From Candidatus Scalinduaceae bacterium (GTDB lineage: Bacteria; Planctomycetota; Brocadiia; Brocadiales; Scalinduaceae), in assembly GCA_046759445.1 (NCBI GenBank), contig JBHICG010000011.1, forward strand, positions 1 to 64,000: a stretch of DNA of 64,000 nt, given 5' to 3'. Of the stretch, positions 61,747-64,000 are shown in pieces (position 1 is the stretch's first letter; every line of letters begins with the position of its first letter). The notes under the pieces are model-generated. The model was not told the origin of the DNA and did not search any database. It worked only from the letters and a program-made list of their open reading frames with translations. The translations under genes were made by a program, and so were the position numbers.

Positions 61747-62802
61747 ATGAAGAATGAAAATGTATCTATTGCCTCTCTCGCTGTTGCCACTCCCCCTTAT
61801 GTGACAAAACAGTCAGAAGCAGAAGCGTTTCTCACAAATCATTACTCGGATAAATTAGGGCAAGAGAATATGGCAAAAATGCGTAAGATCTTTGCTCATC
61901 CGAGTGTTTTAAAAAGACATATTGCAGTGGAAGACCTTGAGTGCCTTGTGCATGAAGACCCGGATAGTCGCATTGCCCGTTTTACGCACTGGGCCGTGGA
62001 ACTTTCTTCTAAGGCGATTGATAATGCTTTAGTTCAGGTGGGTATAACAACAGATGACGTTTCGGGATTGGTGGTGAATACGTGCACGGGTTACATTTGT
62101 CCTGGTATTTCAACGTATCTTATAGAAAAACTTGGCTTATCCAATCAGATACGAACACATGACCTGGTAGGAAGCGGTTGTGGTGGTGCGATTCCGAATT
62201 TACAGGTTTGCAGGGATATGTTACAAGAGAATAACGATGAAGTGATCGTGAGTGTTTCAGTAGAGATCTGTAGTGCAACATTTCAGATGGCAAATGATTT
62301 AAGCCTGGTTGTTTCAAATGCAATCTTTGCTGATGGTGCAGCGGCATCCGTACTATGGAGTCGTCCTGGTAAATTGAAATTGGTTGCCTCTGCGAGCCGA
62401 TGTGACCCTCAACATCGTGAAGATATACGATACATATACAGAAATGGGCAATTGCATAACCAGCTTTCCTTACAATTACCAGAGTTCGCCAGTAAGACGG
62501 TTGCAAAGGTCGTGATGGATCTGTTAACACCCAAAGGGCTTAAACTGGAAGACATTAAACACTGGGCATTCCATCCGGGAGGGGAAAATGTGATTAATGC
62601 AGTCAGAGACGAACTGAGAATTTCTGAAACAAAGATGCAGGCAACCCGTGATGTTCTGGCCAGATATGGAAATATGTCATCTCCGACAGTCTTGTTTGTG
62701 TTACGAGAGATTTTAGATAAGGGTATTGCTTCCGGAGATTGGTGTGTAATAGTAGCCTTCGGTGCCGGTTTAAGTGCTCATGGATTTCTCCTGAAGGCAT
62801 AG
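61747..62802 (+). CDS. Type III polyketide synthase (chalcone synthase-like)
   Basis: Catalytic Cys (GSGCGGA), His (FHPGG) and Asn (YGNMSS); also VEICS, AIFADGA and AFGAG. Confidence 0.93.
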   Translation: MKNENVSIASLAVATPPYVTKQSEAEAFLTNHYSDKLGQENMAKMRKIFAHPSVLKRHIAVEDLECLVHEDPDSRIARFTHWAVELSSKAIDNALVQVGITTDDVSGLVVNTCTGYICPGISTYLIEKLGLSNQIRTHDLVGSGCGGAIPNLQVCRDMLQENNDEVIVSVSVEICSATFQMANDLSLVVSNAIFADGAAASVLWSRPGKLKLVASASRCDPQHREDIRYIYRNGQLHNQLSLQLPEFASKTVAKVVMDLLTPKGLKLEDIKHWAFHPGGENVINAVRDELRISETKMQATRDVLARYGNMSSPTVLFVLREILDKGIASGDWCVIVAFGAGLSAHGFLLKA

Positions 62803-63205
62803 CCTGACCTGTCTATCATTCCCTATATACCCTACCCCTTCTCCCCATTCCCCCAGGCAATTTTCAATATAAAATTGCTTAAGCTATTTTGTTAATGTAT
62901 TTCGTAGAATTGCACTAAAATAGCCATCTTTTCTTTCTTGACTTTGATGATGTGTGGATTTATTATTCCATTTCATTTCAACCAGCATAAGCATATGCCG
63001 CATATTGAAATTAAGTTTATGATTACAAAGACGTAAATACATGAACTTTCTTACCAAAAAATTAGGTGTTTGCCCATGTTATCAAATAAAGTGTAATGAG
63101 ACAAAATAGGAACAACAACACCAAGTAATATAATAGACCCTATTTTTGTTCCTAGAATTCTAGTTATAACAGTAATATAAAAGTAATTTTAAATGAGAAC
63201 ATAAA

Positions 63206-63877
63206 ATGGACAGGTTAATTTTAAAATCTCAAAAAAATCAAGCCTATCAACATATTACTGATAGTGATCTCGAACCTTCAATGTTTGAGTGGGATGTCAT
63301 CCGAAGCGGGAACGTGGGTGTTGGAGTATCTCGATTGAAATATATTGGTACGCATTATTTTTTTATATTCGATTTTGTACGTGATGAACATTATTGCACA
63401 TTTTCACCCGGGAAAACTATTCCTATTCAAGAAGTTTTTACTGGCAGCTTGGAGTCGCAGATGAATTGTTTGCGAGATTGGCTGAAAAATTTAAAAAGAG
63501 AAATTCAAATAACTGATCCTTGGGATGAAATTGATAAATATCTGCCAGGAGGAAAAATAAATTTAGAGAACGAAAAAGAAAATTCACCTTTTTCATATGA
63601 ACAAGTCGAACATATAACAAAAGCGCTATATAAATTAAAAGAAGAAATTAGAAAAACTTATGATCTGGACAATAATCATAATCAACTCATCCAAGAAAAA
63701 TTAAACTATCTTATAGATAGATCTAAAAGGATGGGGAGAATAGATTGGAAAAACATTTTCGTCGCAACTTTAATGGGTTTAGTCGTTAATTTAGCTTTAA
63801 ATCCTGAACAAGCGAAAGGGTTTTGGGGCTTGGTCAAGATTTGTTTTAAGGGAATATTATTGTTGGGAAGGAGTTAA
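63206..63877 (+). CDS. Hypothetical protein with hydrophobic C-terminus
   Basis: 223-aa AT-rich ORF with no recognised family; ends in two hydrophobic helices after GRIDWKN. Confidence 0.65.
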   Translation: MDRLILKSQKNQAYQHITDSDLEPSMFEWDVIRSGNVGVGVSRLKYIGTHYFFIFDFVRDEHYCTFSPGKTIPIQEVFTGSLESQMNCLRDWLKNLKREIQITDPWDEIDKYLPGGKINLENEKENSPFSYEQVEHITKALYKLKEEIRKTYDLDNNHNQLIQEKLNYLIDRSKRMGRIDWKNIFVATLMGLVVNLALNPEQAKGFWGLVKICFKGILLLGRS

Positions 63878-64000
63878 GATTAAGGAATTAATGACCATTT
63901 AACATATTTTGTCAATACCAAACCACATCTTGCCTTCTATATCCATGTGAATTATTATATTTAAATTTTAGAAATTGACTACAATCTAATTGCAAATTTC

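Overview
AT-rich (roughly 35-40% GC by eye) bacterial window. It most likely comes from an anammox planctomycete (Ca. Brocadiia, Scalindua-like). This is an inference from a NaxL/NaxS-like cytochrome pair, a TIGR04072-like B12 radical SAM gene and the style of the intergenic repeats. Contents in order: the 3' end of an MCP; a GC-richer A2-type heme-copper oxidase operon (sco-coxI-coxIII-coxIV-coxII+cyt c-ctaB, no heme A synthase) next to an unannotated holB 3' remnant; a partial cobalamin cluster interrupted by an SGNH gene; a membrane-anchored TPR protein with 14 mosaic 102-bp repeats; a small triple Cys/His-motif protein, DEAD-box helicase, DUF4139 protein and methyltransferase; a complete Pel-like exopolysaccharide locus with split pelA, split pelB and an inverted pelC; queE/queC with a TA pair between duplicated queC 3' ends; an MNT/HEPN TA pair; a 42-bp tandem array; two copies of a MITE enclosing a REP doublet; housekeeping genes (mtnP-like, deaminase, serS, ispF, ridA, mqnE, proS, ndk); a dynamin-like GTPase; three c-type cytochromes; and a B12-dependent radical SAM plus type III PKS gene pair. 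No rRNA, tRNA, CRISPR array or intact transposase was recognised. All family calls come from motif recognition by eye; no database searches were run.
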